A DNA stretch of 64,000 bases from Fidelibacterota bacterium. Its GTDB lineage: Bacteria > Fidelibacterota > UBA2242. A program made the translations under genes and the position numbers. Location of the stretch: contig JBNGDF010000001.1 in NCBI GenBank assembly GCA_049975265.1, forward strand, positions 154,246 to 218,245, in the 5' to 3' direction. The notes below the pieces were generated by a model. That model worked only from the letters and a program-made list of their open reading frames with translations. It did no database searches and was not told the DNA's origin. Positions 50,237 through 59,444 of the stretch are shown in pieces. Within the stretch, counting starts at the first letter, position 1, and every line of letters starts with the position of its first letter.

Positions 50237-50721
50237 TAAAAACCGATCAAAGCGGATGCAATGACTGCGATACCCTCTTCGCGCCCCGTGAAACCCAGTT
50301 TTTCCGAGGTGGTTGCTTTAATGGAGATACACTCGTTGTGGATTCTCAGGATCGGCGCCAATATCTGTTGCATGCTGCCAATATAGGGTTTGATTGCTGG
50401 TTTTTCGGCAATAACAGTGATGTCGATGTTTCCGATGTAATAGTGTCTTTCCGCCAGCATTGCCACGACCTTCTGTAGCAAGATGGTGCTGGCGATGTCG
50501 GTATATTGCGGATCTGTGTCGGGAAAATGGGTGCCGATATCACCCAGACCGGCGGCGCCCAGCAATGCATCCATGACGGCATGAATAAGAACGTCGGCGT
50601 CGGAATGTCCGATCAGCCCCTTTTCAAAAGGAATATTAACACCACCTAGGATTAGGGGGCGTCCGCTGCCGAAGGAGTGTACGTCGATTCCGTTGCCGAT
50701 GCGGAGTTCGAATCGTTTCAT
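50236..50721 (-). CDS. ispF: 2-C-methyl-D-erythritol 2,4-cyclodiphosphate synthase
   Basis: RIGNGIDVH, GHSDADVLIHA, DIGTHFPD, KATTSEKLGF. Confidence 0.98.
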   Translation of the reverse strand: MKRFELRIGNGIDVHSFGSGRPLILGGVNIPFEKGLIGHSDADVLIHAVMDALLGAAGLGDIGTHFPDTDPQYTDIASTILLQKVVAMLAERHYYIGNIDITVIAEKPAIKPYIGSMQQILAPILRIHNECISIKATTSEKLGFTGREEGIAVIASALIGF

Positions 50722-51410
50722 GACGAATCCTTTTTTAATAGTGCCCGGGCAATCAGAAGATCATCGGGGCTGGTGATTTTGATATTCCAGGGCGTACTTT
50801 CGACAATGGCAAGCCGTCCGCCGAGCGCTTCCACAAAAAAAGCGTCATCGGTGGCGGTCAGCTGTTTTCCGGTGGCATTGTTGTAGGCGGCTGTGATCAC
50901 ATCTTTTCGGAACGTCTGAGGGGTCTGCACCTGCCAGATCTGATTACGGTCGAGTGTCCGCATAACTAAACCATCGACGACCTCTTTAAGGGTGTTGACG
51001 ATCCGGGCAGCGATCACCGCGCCGTCGTAATCGGTGCACAGGTCGATACTTTTTTGGATAAGAGCCGGCTGGATGAGTGGTCGCACGCCGTCATGAATAC
51101 AGACGATGGTGCTGCGTGGATCCACGGCTCTGAGACCGTTTTGAACCGATTCCTGGCGCAGTGCTCCACCGGCGACCGGTATGACGGGAATACGGGCTGA
51201 TGCGGGAATGGAATCCCGCAGGAGTTGTGAATGCAGAAATTCCGGGGGAACAATCAGAATAATTTCGCTTATGATCGAAAGAGCCAGAAATTTGTGCAGC
51301 GAGTGAAATAAAACCGTCCGATCGTCCAGCGGTAAAAACTGCTTGGGCAGATTCGATTTCATCCGGGTTCCACGCCCGGCTGCAACAATGAGCGCGCTGA
51401 CTTTTTTCAC
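50718..51410 (-). CDS. ispD: 2-C-methyl-D-erythritol 4-phosphate cytidylyltransferase
   Basis: AAGRGTRM, PKQFL, IHDGVRP, VQTPQTF, TDDA, NIKIT. Confidence 0.96.
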   Translation of the reverse strand: MKKVSALIVAAGRGTRMKSNLPKQFLPLDDRTVLFHSLHKFLALSIISEIILIVPPEFLHSQLLRDSIPASARIPVIPVAGGALRQESVQNGLRAVDPRSTIVCIHDGVRPLIQPALIQKSIDLCTDYDGAVIAARIVNTLKEVVDGLVMRTLDRNQIWQVQTPQTFRKDVITAAYNNATGKQLTATDDAFFVEALGGRLAIVESTPWNIKITSPDDLLIARALLKKDSS

Positions 51411-51418
51411 GATTGCAT

Positions 51419-52453
51419 TTAAAGGATGATCATGGCATCGCCATAACTGAAAAAACGGTATTTTTCTTTGATTGCTTCCTGATAGGCTCTTAAGATAAGG
51501 TCCAGGTTGGCAAAAGCCGCGACCTGCATGATCAGAGTCGATTTGGGCTGATGAAAATTGGTGATTAAGATATCCACCATTTTAAAATCATAGGGCGGAT
51601 GGATAAATTTATCGGTCCAGCCTTTGCGGGGACTTACCTGAAAGCCGGATACCGTCACGGTTTCCAACGCCCGGACTACCGAGGTGCCGACGGCGACCAC
51701 CCGCTTGCCTTTTGCCTTGGCTTCATTAATGGCAATCGCTGTTTCGGCGGAAACCTCATAATATTCGGAATCCATCCGGTGACGGGAGAGGTCCTCTACG
51801 GTAACGGGACGAAAGGTACCGAGCCCGATATGGAGCACCACTGGACGAATTTTTATCCCTTTGTTTTTGATTTTGTCAATCAGATCTTTGGTAAAGTGCA
51901 AGCCTGCGGTGGGAGCGGCAACGGCGCCGCGCCGTTTCGCATAGACGGTCTGATATTTAATCTTGTCAATGGGGGTCGGTTCACGGTCAATGTAGGGCGG
52001 TAGAGGAGACTGACCGATTTTGTCGATCAGGGCGTAGAGGTCCTGTTGGGAGATGTCGTTGAACCGGACGACCCGACCGCCGGAAACGGTATTGTCAATA
52101 ACATCACACTGAACCCCTTCAGCAACGGTTAGTTTATTGCCGATCCGGACCTTGCGAGCCGGTTTCACCATGACCTCCCAGAGGTTGTTTTCCAGCTCCC
52201 GCAGTAAGAACACCTCGACCTTGGCTTCGGTGCGGTCCTTCACCGCCCAGAGACGGGCGGGATAGACCATGGTTTCGTTGACAATGAGCAGATCGCCGGG
52301 ATTCAGAAATTCGGGTAGGTCATAAAAGTGTTTATGTTGAATGCTCTCATCCTTGCGGTTGATAACCATTAACCGGGAGTGATCGCGTTTTTCAATGGGA
52401 AATTTGGCAATCAGCTCCTCCGGTAATTCGTAATCAAAGTCCGACAGTCTCAT
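51419..52453 (-). CDS. queA: S-adenosylmethionine:tRNA ribosyltransferase-isomerase
   Basis: DFDYELPEELIA, PLPPYI, AVAAPTAGLHF, TNFHQPKSTL, YRFFSYGDAM. Confidence 0.98.
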   Translation of the reverse strand: MRLSDFDYELPEELIAKFPIEKRDHSRLMVINRKDESIQHKHFYDLPEFLNPGDLLIVNETMVYPARLWAVKDRTEAKVEVFLLRELENNLWEVMVKPARKVRIGNKLTVAEGVQCDVIDNTVSGGRVVRFNDISQQDLYALIDKIGQSPLPPYIDREPTPIDKIKYQTVYAKRRGAVAAPTAGLHFTKDLIDKIKNKGIKIRPVVLHIGLGTFRPVTVEDLSRHRMDSEYYEVSAETAIAINEAKAKGKRVVAVGTSVVRALETVTVSGFQVSPRKGWTDKFIHPPYDFKMVDILITNFHQPKSTLIMQVAAFANLDLILRAYQEAIKEKYRFFSYGDAMIIL

Positions 52454-52466
52454 GGATGCTCTCCTT

Positions 52467-53486
52467 TTATTCAAATAGTGATTGTTGCTCTTTGCTTATC
52501 GGCAGCCCGAAATAGCGGTACGCTTCCCGGGTGACCTGCCGACCCCGGTTGGTGCGCTGCAGGAAACCGTTCTGGATCAGATAGGGTTCGTAGACGTCTT
52601 CAATGGTTTCGGAATCCTCGCCCACGGCGACAGCCAGACTGTTCAGACCCACCGGACCGCCGCTGAATTTTTGCATAATCGTCAGGAGAATGTTGCGGTC
52701 CATAGCGTCCAGTCCGCGCTCGTCGATATCCAGCAATTTGAGCGATTTTCGGGCGACTTCCTGATCGATGATGCCGGTGGCTTTGACCTGGGCGAAGTCG
52801 CGGGCGCGCCGTAAAATGCGGTTTGCAATGCGCGGGGTGCCCCGGGCGCGTTTGGCGATTTCGGCGGCGCCGGCATCGTTAAGGTCAATGTTTAGAATTT
52901 TTGCCGTGCGTTTCAGAATATTGAAAAGGTCTTCTTCGCGGTAATAATCCAGGCGGAGGACCACACCGAAGCGGTCCCGCATGGGCGATGTCAGGTGTCC
53001 CAAACGGGTGGTGGCACCGATCAGGGTAAAATGCTCCAGGTTTAGCTGAATGGAGCGGGCGCTGGGTCCCTTATCGATAACGATGTCGATATTGTAGTCT
53101 TCCATAGCGGAGTAGAGATACTCCTCCACAACGTTATTGAGGCGGTGAATTTCGTCGATGAAAAAGACATCGCCGTGCTGCAGGTTGGTCAGCATCCCCG
53201 CCAGGTCGCCGGCCCGTTCGATCACGGGACCCGAGGTGGTTCTGATGTTGACATTCAGTTCCCGGGCGACGATATTGGCGAGTGTCGTCTTACCCAATCC
53301 CGGGGGTCCGAACAGGAGTACATGGTCCAGTGCTTCCCCCCGCTCTTTGGCGGCTTTGATGTAGAGCTTCAGGTTTTCCACCACTTTCGGTTGCCCGATA
53401 AATTCGGAAAAGGCAGAGGGTCGAACGCTTTGTTCGACTTCAATATCTTCCATTATTTTTTTAGGGTCGGTATATTCAGAACGCAA
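52467..53486 (-). CDS. ruvB: Holliday junction branch migration ATPase RuvB
   Basis: [37 protein letters not shown]. Confidence 0.98.
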   Translation of the reverse strand: MRSEYTDPKKIMEDIEVEQSVRPSAFSEFIGQPKVVENLKLYIKAAKERGEALDHVLLFGPPGLGKTTLANIVARELNVNIRTTSGPVIERAGDLAGMLTNLQHGDVFFIDEIHRLNNVVEEYLYSAMEDYNIDIVIDKGPSARSIQLNLEHFTLIGATTRLGHLTSPMRDRFGVVLRLDYYREEDLFNILKRTAKILNIDLNDAGAAEIAKRARGTPRIANRILRRARDFAQVKATGIIDQEVARKSLKLLDIDERGLDAMDRNILLTIMQKFSGGPVGLNSLAVAVGEDSETIEDVYEPYLIQNGFLQRTNRGRQVTREAYRYFGLPISKEQQSLFE

Positions 53487-53732
53487 TGGATTTCACAGTA
53501 TTAACGGTATAATGGCGGACCGGTATTAATCGGAGCGATTGTTTAGGAAGTTTGTCTGTCCCGAATAACAACCGGACAATTTTTTTGAATTTTGTCATGA
53601 ATGATGTAATTATCATAAAACCAAGTTGAAATTTATTAAAATATGTGTCCTAAATCAATGAAAATCAGGGACATCTTCTGAAATAAACAGGAGCTGCGGG
53701 CAAAATTGATGAAATATGGACGTCGGAAGCGC

Positions 53733-54983
53733 TTATAAATGGATCAACTGATGCCGCTCTTTTCCCACCGAAATGAATTCAACCGGTGTATCGAGGAGCT
53801 CCTCAATTTTTTTCACGTATCGCTGGGCTGCAAGGGGTAAATCAGAGAAGGATTTTGTCGAGGCGGTGGAGCTGCGCCAGCCTTTCAGGTCGATGTATTG
53901 GGGTTCGGCGTCTGCCAGGTCCACAGCGGGGAAATCTCCGTTGCGATAATTTGTGCAGATCCGGATGGTATCCAGCTGGTCGAGCACGTCCAGTTTGGTG
54001 ATAGCGATGGAAGAAAAGCCGTTGATGCGGGCGGCGTACCTTCCCAGGGCGGCGTCAAACCAGCCACAACGGCGCCGGCGTCTGGTGGTGGCGCCAAATT
54101 CACTGCCGGTTTGTTGAAGGTAATCACCGGTTTTGTCAGAGAGCTCCGTTGGGAACGGTCCGGCGCCGACACGGGTGGTGTAGCTTTTGTAGATTCCGAG
54201 AATCCGATCAATGCATCCCGGACTGATACCGAGTCCGCTGGCGATGTAACCGGCGGAGGTATTGGAAGAGGTAACAAAAGGATAGGAGCCGAAGTCCAGG
54301 TCCAGGAGAGTTCCCTGGGCACCTTCGATTAAAATCGTTCTGTTTTCCCGGATATAGTTATCCATCAGAAGAGAAGTATCGGCAGCGCGGGCAATGACAT
54401 CGGGGAGGCAGTCGTAAAATCGTTCGAGGAGAGGCTGTAAAGTGTCAAGGTCTTCCTGATTCAGATCCCCTTTGATGGAAAAAGTCTCGATTTTCTGCTG
54501 CAAAATCTCCTTTATTTTCTGCGGAGATTTCAGATCACGAACCTGAATTCCGCAGCGGTTGATTTTATCGGCGTAGCAGGGACCGATACCGCGTTTGGTG
54601 GTACCGATTGCCCTTTTCCCCAAAGCGGTTTCCGTTTTCGAATCCAGAATCTTGTGCAGTGGGGTCACGATATGAGCCTGCAGGGAGATGAAAATGCGGT
54701 TTTCCATGTTGATTCCCTCCCGGCGGAGGCTGTCGATCTCAGCGCGCAGGTCGACCGGATCGATGACCATGCCGTTGCCCAGAATGCAGATGGTATTTGC
54801 GCGCAAAATGCCGCTGGGCAGCTGATGCAAAATGGTTTCGCGGTTTTTTACCAGAATTGTATGACCGGCGTTGGCACCGCCCTGAAAGCGGGCGACGACG
54901 TCGGCGGACTCACTGAGGTTATCGACGATTTTTCCTTTTCCCTCGTCACCCCACTGAGCACCCAGGACAGCCGTAACGGACAT
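53733..54983 (-). CDS. purA: Adenylosuccinate synthetase
   Basis: GAQWGDEGKGK, GGANAGHT, EGAQG, TRVGAGPFPTE; start after GGAGG. Confidence 0.98.
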   Translation of the reverse strand: MSVTAVLGAQWGDEGKGKIVDNLSESADVVARFQGGANAGHTILVKNRETILHQLPSGILRANTICILGNGMVIDPVDLRAEIDSLRREGINMENRIFISLQAHIVTPLHKILDSKTETALGKRAIGTTKRGIGPCYADKINRCGIQVRDLKSPQKIKEILQQKIETFSIKGDLNQEDLDTLQPLLERFYDCLPDVIARAADTSLLMDNYIRENRTILIEGAQGTLLDLDFGSYPFVTSSNTSAGYIASGLGISPGCIDRILGIYKSYTTRVGAGPFPTELSDKTGDYLQQTGSEFGATTRRRRRCGWFDAALGRYAARINGFSSIAITKLDVLDQLDTIRICTNYRNGDFPAVDLADAEPQYIDLKGWRSSTASTKSFSDLPLAAQRYVKKIEELLDTPVEFISVGKERHQLIHL

Positions 54984-54994
54984 TTGATTCCTCC

Positions 54995-55034
54995 AAAAAG
55001 GTGAAATGCTCCGCCGGGAGCAGGAGCATTTCAC
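54995..55034 (-). terminator. Terminator-like hairpin between secF and purA
   Basis: GTGAAATGCTCC-N10-GGAGCATTTCAC (12-bp stem) then CTTTTT, abutting the purA Shine-Dalgarno. Confidence 0.65.
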
Positions 55035-55057
55035 AAAGTGGTTTTCAACATCTGTGA

Positions 55058-55954
55058 CTATTTCTTTTTCGCACTGAATTTATTCTGCCAGGCGATGACC
55101 ACCGGTCCGGCAATGTAAATGGATGAATAGGTCCCGATAATCACGCCGATCATCATGGCAATTGAGAAAATTTGCACCTCACCGCTGGTAAAAACCAGCA
55201 CAAAAACCACAAAAAAGGTTGTCAGCGATGTAATGATCGTGCGGCTTAAGATCTCATTGATGCTGTTGTTGACGATTGTTTCGATCGGTTCAAAGCGCAT
55301 GACCTTCAGGTCTTCCCTGATGCGGTCATAAAGCACGATCGTATCGTTAAGGGAGTAACCGACGATGGTCAAGAAGGCAGCAATGGTAGAGAGTGATATT
55401 TCCAGTTGTACCAGAGAGAAAACTCCCAGCGTGAACAGAACATCGTGAATCAGGGCAATAACGGCACCGATGGCAAAGCGGAATTGGAAGCGGATGGAAA
55501 TATAGACGCCGATTACCAACAGTGCGAAAATAACGGCATAGACGGTATTCCGCCGGAGTTCCTGACCGATTTTTGGTCCTACCTTTTCCGTGCGGCGGAT
55601 TTCGTAATGGTTATCATCTATTCCGGATAATGCCTGCGCGATCAGCCCCGGAACGTCGGTCTCGGCATCGGTGTCCTGGGCAACGCGGATCATGAATTCG
55701 TTAATGCCGGCTGATTTCTGGATGATGCTGTTTTGCAGATTGACCGTTGTCAGCGCAGTGCGGATTTCAGCGGTGGTCACCGGTTTTTCGAACCGAACCT
55801 GCATCAGAGTTCCGCCGGTAAAGTCGATCCCCAGATTGAAGCCTCTGATAAAGAAGATCGAAATGACGCTGACCAAAAGGGCGATACCGGAAAGAATGAT
55901 GGCGGTTTTGCTGAATTTAATAAAAGGAATATGGGTCTCTTTAAAGAATCTCAT
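55058..55954 (-). CDS. secF: Protein translocase subunit SecF
   Basis: GIDFTGGT, VGPKIG, LIHDV, GYSLNDTIV..DRIRE, GTYSSIYIA. Confidence 0.97.
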   Translation of the reverse strand: MRFFKETHIPFIKFSKTAIILSGIALLVSVISIFFIRGFNLGIDFTGGTLMQVRFEKPVTTAEIRTALTTVNLQNSIIQKSAGINEFMIRVAQDTDAETDVPGLIAQALSGIDDNHYEIRRTEKVGPKIGQELRRNTVYAVIFALLVIGVYISIRFQFRFAIGAVIALIHDVLFTLGVFSLVQLEISLSTIAAFLTIVGYSLNDTIVLYDRIREDLKVMRFEPIETIVNNSINEILSRTIITSLTTFFVVFVLVFTSGEVQIFSIAMMIGVIIGTYSSIYIAGPVVIAWQNKFSAKKK

Positions 55955-55971
55955 GGTTATGCTTCCCGAGG

Positions 55972-57879
55972 TTATATACTGAGTTTTTTCAAAATTTTAC
56001 GCTCTGTCCGATAATTAAAGATAGTGCGGGTGACGAAAATCGCCGTAAACATGCTGCAGAGGATGCCCCAGAACAGCGTCACCCCGAAACCCCTGACCGG
56101 ACCGGTTCCGAACTGCATCAGGATCAGGGCGGTGAGCATGGTGGTTACGTTGGCATCCAGAATGGTGCGGAAGGCGCGGCTGTAACCGGCGTCAATGGCT
56201 GCCCGGACGGTTTTACCCCGTTCCAGCTCTTCCCGGATTCTTTCGAAGATCAGCACATTGGCATCTACGGCAATACCGACGGTCAGAATCAGACCGGCGA
56301 TGCCGGGCAGCGTCAGAGTGGCTCCCAGCGTGGCAAGGATTGCCAGGACGAAGATAAAGTTTAAAACCACCGCCAGGTCTGCCAGCAGTCCGGCGGTTTT
56401 GTAATAGATAGCCATAAAGAGGATCACCAGACAAAAGCCGATGAGACCTACTTTTACACTGGTATTGATGGAGTCGTGTCCCAGCGAGGGACCGACCGTC
56501 CTTTCTTCAATAATGTCAACAGGTGCGGGCAGAGCGCCGGCGCGTAGGACGATGGCGATGTTTTTGGCACCCTCCATACTCTCAAGTCCCTCAATATAGG
56601 CAGAGCCGTTGGGAATCTTGACGCTGATGCGCGGTGCCATATACACTTTGTCGTCCAGGACAATCGCCAGGAATTTGCCGATATTCGACCCGGTGAGTCG
56701 CGAGAATATTTTGGCGCCTTCGTTGTTCATGCTGATATTGACGATCGCCTGTCCGGCGGCTTTGCTCTCGGCGCCGCCGATAGTGGCAGTGGCTTTGGTG
56801 ATGTATTTGCCTTGAAGACCGGCTTCCCGTTCTACATGATACAGCAGATAGAAATTTTCGGTTTTCCCGTCGGTGGTGGTGATCCGTTCCGGTTTGGCGG
56901 ACCAGAGAAATTTCGAATCATATGGCAGCAGTTTCTGGACTTCCGGATCGGCGAGGATTTTCTTGACAGCGTAGAGGTTTCTCTCGGGTACGCCGATGGC
57001 GCCGCCGATATTCCGCAGCAGGGAGGTAAAAGGCTTCTCGGAGTAGAGCTCTTCGTCAACCACGACGGTAGAATCACCGGTTTCTTCCAGATCGATATCG
57101 GCTTCGGTGATGCCCAGCAGTTCATTGACGCTGACGGCTTTATCCTTGGATTCTTTCAATGCCACCGTGGTGTCCTCCTCAGTGGTCTCCGCCCCGACAA
57201 TGTCCTGACGCCCGGTTTTCAGGTAATTATCCACCGATTCGATGAACGACTGGGTAACCTGCGGGTCTTTCAGCAGGGTGAATTCCAGAAGTGCGGTGCT
57301 CTGAATCAGATTGCGGGCATGTTCCACATCCTTGACACCGGCGAGTTCGACAATGATCCGGTTTTGCCCGGCGCGTTGAATTGTCGGTTCTGAGACGCCG
57401 AATTGATCGACGCGGTTGCGGATGATCTGGAGCGCCCGCTGCATGGCGTCTTTGGCTTCATCTTCCAGACTGTTGATAATTTCGGAATTTTTATAACCGC
57501 GATCGGTGAAATGACGGACCAGTTTAAAGTCTTCGGACTCCACGTTGCGGCTGAAAACGGTAAAAAAGTTTTCGCCGGTCTCTTTATATTCGCGAATGGA
57601 GCGCTGGAGCAGGGCGTCAAATTGAGGCGTTTTATTGGATGCCAGCGTTTCCACCAGTTTGGGAATATTCAGCTCCAGAACGACGTGCATGCCGCCTTGC
57701 AGGTCCAGCCCGAGGCGGATGATGCGCTCCTCAAATTTATCGAGAGAGCCATCGGCGCGTTTCGCCTCAATCTGCTCATCGGAAAAGGAGCTGTAGGCAA
57801 TGGTCCAGTATAGTGAATATCCCGCCAGAAGCAGTGCCAGACCGATGATAATGAAGCGAATATTGGTTTTTTTAAACAT
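55972..57879 (-). CDS. secD: Protein translocase subunit SecD
   Basis: LGLDLQGG, RVDQFGVSEP, LRAGALPAP, AVDANVLIFERIREE. Confidence 0.97.
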   Translation of the reverse strand: MFKKTNIRFIIIGLALLLAGYSLYWTIAYSSFSDEQIEAKRADGSLDKFEERIIRLGLDLQGGMHVVLELNIPKLVETLASNKTPQFDALLQRSIREYKETGENFFTVFSRNVESEDFKLVRHFTDRGYKNSEIINSLEDEAKDAMQRALQIIRNRVDQFGVSEPTIQRAGQNRIIVELAGVKDVEHARNLIQSTALLEFTLLKDPQVTQSFIESVDNYLKTGRQDIVGAETTEEDTTVALKESKDKAVSVNELLGITEADIDLEETGDSTVVVDEELYSEKPFTSLLRNIGGAIGVPERNLYAVKKILADPEVQKLLPYDSKFLWSAKPERITTTDGKTENFYLLYHVEREAGLQGKYITKATATIGGAESKAAGQAIVNISMNNEGAKIFSRLTGSNIGKFLAIVLDDKVYMAPRISVKIPNGSAYIEGLESMEGAKNIAIVLRAGALPAPVDIIEERTVGPSLGHDSINTSVKVGLIGFCLVILFMAIYYKTAGLLADLAVVLNFIFVLAILATLGATLTLPGIAGLILTVGIAVDANVLIFERIREELERGKTVRAAIDAGYSRAFRTILDANVTTMLTALILMQFGTGPVRGFGVTLFWGILCSMFTAIFVTRTIFNYRTERKILKKLSI

Positions 57880-57931
57880 GGAATTACACCTCTGTAGATA
57901 GTCAGGTTTCTAATTTCGAAAAAAGCGACTG

Positions 57932-57961
57932 AATTTAACTGAGAGACGAACTCAATGTCAA
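57932..57961 (-). promoter_or_regulatory. Putative sigma70-type promoter of secDF
   Basis: TTGACA-N18-TAAATT on the minus strand. Confidence 0.55.
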
Positions 57962-58009
57962 CGAAAAAGCCGGATTCGGCGATTTGGCGAAATCCAGGTG
58001 CTGGCTGGA

Positions 58010-59443
58010 TTATTTAATAGAAATGAATAGCCGGGACAGTTCTTCGCCGTTTTTTACCACTACGAGTGGATAGACCTTACCGTCGCCGTGCAGAGAATAT
58101 TTTTTCCAGTTCAGCGAACCGATATTGATCGGGTAGTTGCGATCTTCACCGGTGTTGTAATCACCTGGCGGAACATAGCCTTTCAGGTTGATCTTGTACT
58201 GTTCCGGGGCGAGCTGATCGTGAAGGACATTGATGATCGTCATGGTATCGCTGCGTTTGACATGCAGCGTCTGTCCGTTTAAGAGTGCCTGTTTTTGTCC
58301 GTTGACGTCGATAATGTAGGTGAACAGTTCCGGATTGACGCTGGTTACCTCCAGCCTGACCGTGCCGATCACCCGGTTGTCTTTGCGCACGATGATGCGG
58401 GTCGGCTGACGGAGAGTGACCTTTTTTTGAAAATCCTGTTCGTCGCCGACTCCCAAAATGTCGCAACTCAGCCCGCGGGAGTAATTGGATTCGATATGAG
58501 TTACCTGAATCTGGTCGCCCTGAATCAGTTTGATGGTATTCTGATTGTCGATGACCCGGGGAACATTGTCATTAACGGAAATGAGCAGGTAGATCAGTTT
58601 AGGCGGTTCATAGATAATCGCCGGATGTTCCGGTTCGACACCGAAGAGTTTCAAAAATTCATTAATGACGTAGTTGTGGTAACGGATTTTAAGATCGAGA
58701 CCGGTAAGATTTTTCGATGATTCGATTCCGAAAGCCGGAATGCCGAAGGTGGTGAGGGCAAAACAGGTGGCTGATTTCCTCTGCTCCGGGAACTGGGTGT
58801 CTTTTTCGAGAGTGTGGGTATTCATAAAGTGCAGGCGGTGATCGGGATTTTCGATCCGGCGGTTAACATGTTCCAGCACGGTATTCGCCATCTGTTCCAG
58901 GAAAAGGGTGTCTCTTTCGGTAATATAGATGTCGGTGTCGGCGATGAGCGACTGACCAAAGCGGTGCGGATTGCGATTTTCATCGATATAGGTCTCGCTG
59001 TAAAAGCCCCAGCCGTCGTGGAGATTTAAGAACAGATCGGATTCCGCCATCAGATTTTTAATAATGTCCACGATTTGATCATCAATATCGGCAGAGGATT
59101 GATTGTCGAAACGGCGGTTCATATCGCCGTTGACGCCGCGATTATTTTTAATTATGGAATGAAAATTTGCCCGGGGAATAACGATCAGATTGCCCCGATC
59201 GAGAACGAGGTTTGGGTAGAGATCGGCGGAGAGAAAGCCGCCCGGCTCGTCGCCCTGGATTCCCCCCAGTACGAAAACGGTATTCCCATCGAGCCGTCCA
59301 TAGAGACGATAAACATCCAGCTGGTTGGGGGTATTTTCAAAATAGGTCCGTGTTTCCCGATAAGGGCGCTGCTTTCCGGCGGCTGTACCGATTGTGAAGA
59401 AAATCAGTAGTGCCGTCGATAAATTTGCAATGGATTGTTTCAA
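58010..59443 (-). CDS. M14-like/M99 peptidoglycan D,L-carboxypeptidase (Csd4/Pgp1-like)
   Basis: GGIQGDEPGGF with Gln in place of the usual His zinc ligand, GDMNRRF, LNLHDG, AFGIESSK; beta-rich C-terminal domains. Confidence 0.85.
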   Translation of the reverse strand: MKQSIANLSTALLIFFTIGTAAGKQRPYRETRTYFENTPNQLDVYRLYGRLDGNTVFVLGGIQGDEPGGFLSADLYPNLVLDRGNLIVIPRANFHSIIKNNRGVNGDMNRRFDNQSSADIDDQIVDIIKNLMAESDLFLNLHDGWGFYSETYIDENRNPHRFGQSLIADTDIYITERDTLFLEQMANTVLEHVNRRIENPDHRLHFMNTHTLEKDTQFPEQRKSATCFALTTFGIPAFGIESSKNLTGLDLKIRYHNYVINEFLKLFGVEPEHPAIIYEPPKLIYLLISVNDNVPRVIDNQNTIKLIQGDQIQVTHIESNYSRGLSCDILGVGDEQDFQKKVTLRQPTRIIVRKDNRVIGTVRLEVTSVNPELFTYIIDVNGQKQALLNGQTLHVKRSDTMTIINVLHDQLAPEQYKINLKGYVPPGDYNTGEDRNYPINIGSLNWKKYSLHGDGKVYPLVVVKNGEELSRLFISIK

Positions 59444-59444
59444 T

